Source: Octopus sinensis (taxonomy: Eukaryota). From it: a stretch of DNA of 64,000 nt. Where the stretch lies: assembly GCF_006345805.1 (NCBI RefSeq), contig NC_043022.1:6262001-6326000 (forward strand), in the 5' to 3' direction. Made by a program: the position numbers and the translations under genes. Every line of letters starts with the position of its first letter. Position 1 is the stretch's first letter. The notes under the pieces were generated by a model, which worked only from the letters and a program-made list of their open reading frames with translations, ran no database searches and had not been told where the DNA came from. Positions 62,701 through 64,000 of the stretch are shown one piece after another.

Positions 62701-64000
62701 TGTGTGTGTATGTGTGTGTGTGTGTGTGTGTAAACAATTTGTTTCTTTTTTTCCATGTCTGCGACATTCAGCAACGAGGAACTTTCTTTCACTCGATTGA
62801 TTTCTAGTGAAATATTAAGTTCCTGCCAGACGTCCATTTGATGTGGAAACTATTTATAAGACACAGCTTACTCTCAAAACCAGATATATGCATTTGTAAT
62901 GGCCGTGGATGCGTGTTTTGAGTCAGTTCATCAATTTGCAAGGACCGTACGGGTCGCCAATTTGTAATGGGCCGCGCGATGGTTCTAAGTCGGGGTCACC
63001 GATTTGTAAGGGACCGTGCGATGTGAGGTGACGAGGATGGCTCTTTTGTACCACATCACACAGCCGTTACAATAAAGAGGGACTAACAGAACAAATAAAC
63101 GCAAGATGGAAAGAGAAAACCGCGTAAGAATGATTAAAAAAACATTTATTGATGAGATAACGTGTGTGTGCGTGCGTCATGTATACGGAATAATTGAGAG
63201 GACGTCATGAGAACAAAATGTACTTGTATGTGTCGGCATAGATGTATTCGCGTGTTAAGAACATTTAAGGATGACAGTGAAGAAGACAGTGAAAGGGTCG
63301 ACAGCCATCGAGAAAGATGAATAATACCAGTTCGTAGTCAGTCGTACGCGCGAGTTGAAATACTGTATTAAGAAGTCGCGGCAATGATGCTGAACCGGTT
63401 ACAGAAATTAAACATCAGAAAGTGATATAATAAAACGAAGAACTGAGAACGGTGGCAGGACACGATCGTCTGTCCTGCATTCTGGGTATGGCGCCTAAAG
63501 AAGATCCCATAATACCTGTACATTCTAAATTCCAGTGATGTGCTCTGTACGAGAAATCGTGGCTGTGATGCCGCTGCCTGGGTCACTTGTACAGGAGTTC
63601 ATGTTGGTCGTAAATTCGCTGTTGATCCGTAGTGAAATAATTCACGAACAGTGAACTGTTGGAACCTGGGTGAATTTTGTTGCTGAGCTGTGTATGTAGA
63701 GAGAGGATGTTGACGGCGTTAAGAAGGAGATGATGGTGGTGACGAATGCGAAGGAGGTTGCCTCAGTGCTATTGAAGGTCCTGGTGAGAAAGTTGGTAAG
63801 TCTCAACGTAGCTGCGGTGGTAGTGGCATTGTCTCTTGGAGTGGCCGTGTCTTCATGGTCAGCGGCTAGACCTTAAAAGGTCTGGAACCCAAGACATCGG
63901 AACGAGGAAACGCGGGGTTTTTATAAGGAGCTGTAGGCTGAAACAGGGTAGTAAATAGGCTGTAAATAGGCTGAAACAGGGTAGTAAATAGGCTGTCCCA

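Noticed and set aside
62895-63071. Solo LTR (TG…CA ends)
   Set aside because: No TSD, PBS or polypurine tract in either orientation.

Overview
Eukaryotic, AT-rich, extremely repeat-dense genomic DNA with one 100-N gap (62383-62482). The SINE families and (AAT)n/(TA)n/(CA)n load match what I recall of octopus (coleoid cephalopod) genomes; the species call is inference. Nearly all ORFs in the supplied track are microsatellite or SINE read-throughs. Real coding sequence comes from retroelements: a near-full-length Tx1/L1-clade LINE (23348-27870), a decayed R4/Dong LINE (41400-43505) plus 3' fragments of a second Dong family, and RTE and CR1-group 3' ends. Decayed piggyBac and maT-like transposases are also present. 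The window further holds about 23 copies of a CORE-like SINE (family A), about 20 copies of a Meta-like SINE, three non-autonomous Helitrons and several MITEs. No complete host gene is visible, but 3-4 phase-compatible small exons at 49.2-53.0 kb (+) plausibly encode the C-terminus of a membrane protein. Best leads: (1) a covarying CUUGU stem-loop and (ATT)n polarity shared by the Tx1 LINE 3' end and the Meta-like SINEs, suggesting a stringent SINE-LINE partnership; (2) a family of foldback elements in (TA)n with copy-specific arms, a shared one-sided extension and, in one copy, a minimal hammerhead-like core at the apex; (3) GGTAYTT-targeted SINE-in-SINE insertions; (4) a Dong-derived dimer with an invariant junction. 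Domain and family names are from memory of consensus motifs, not database searches. Coordinates of degenerate repeats are approximate (about +/-10 bp).
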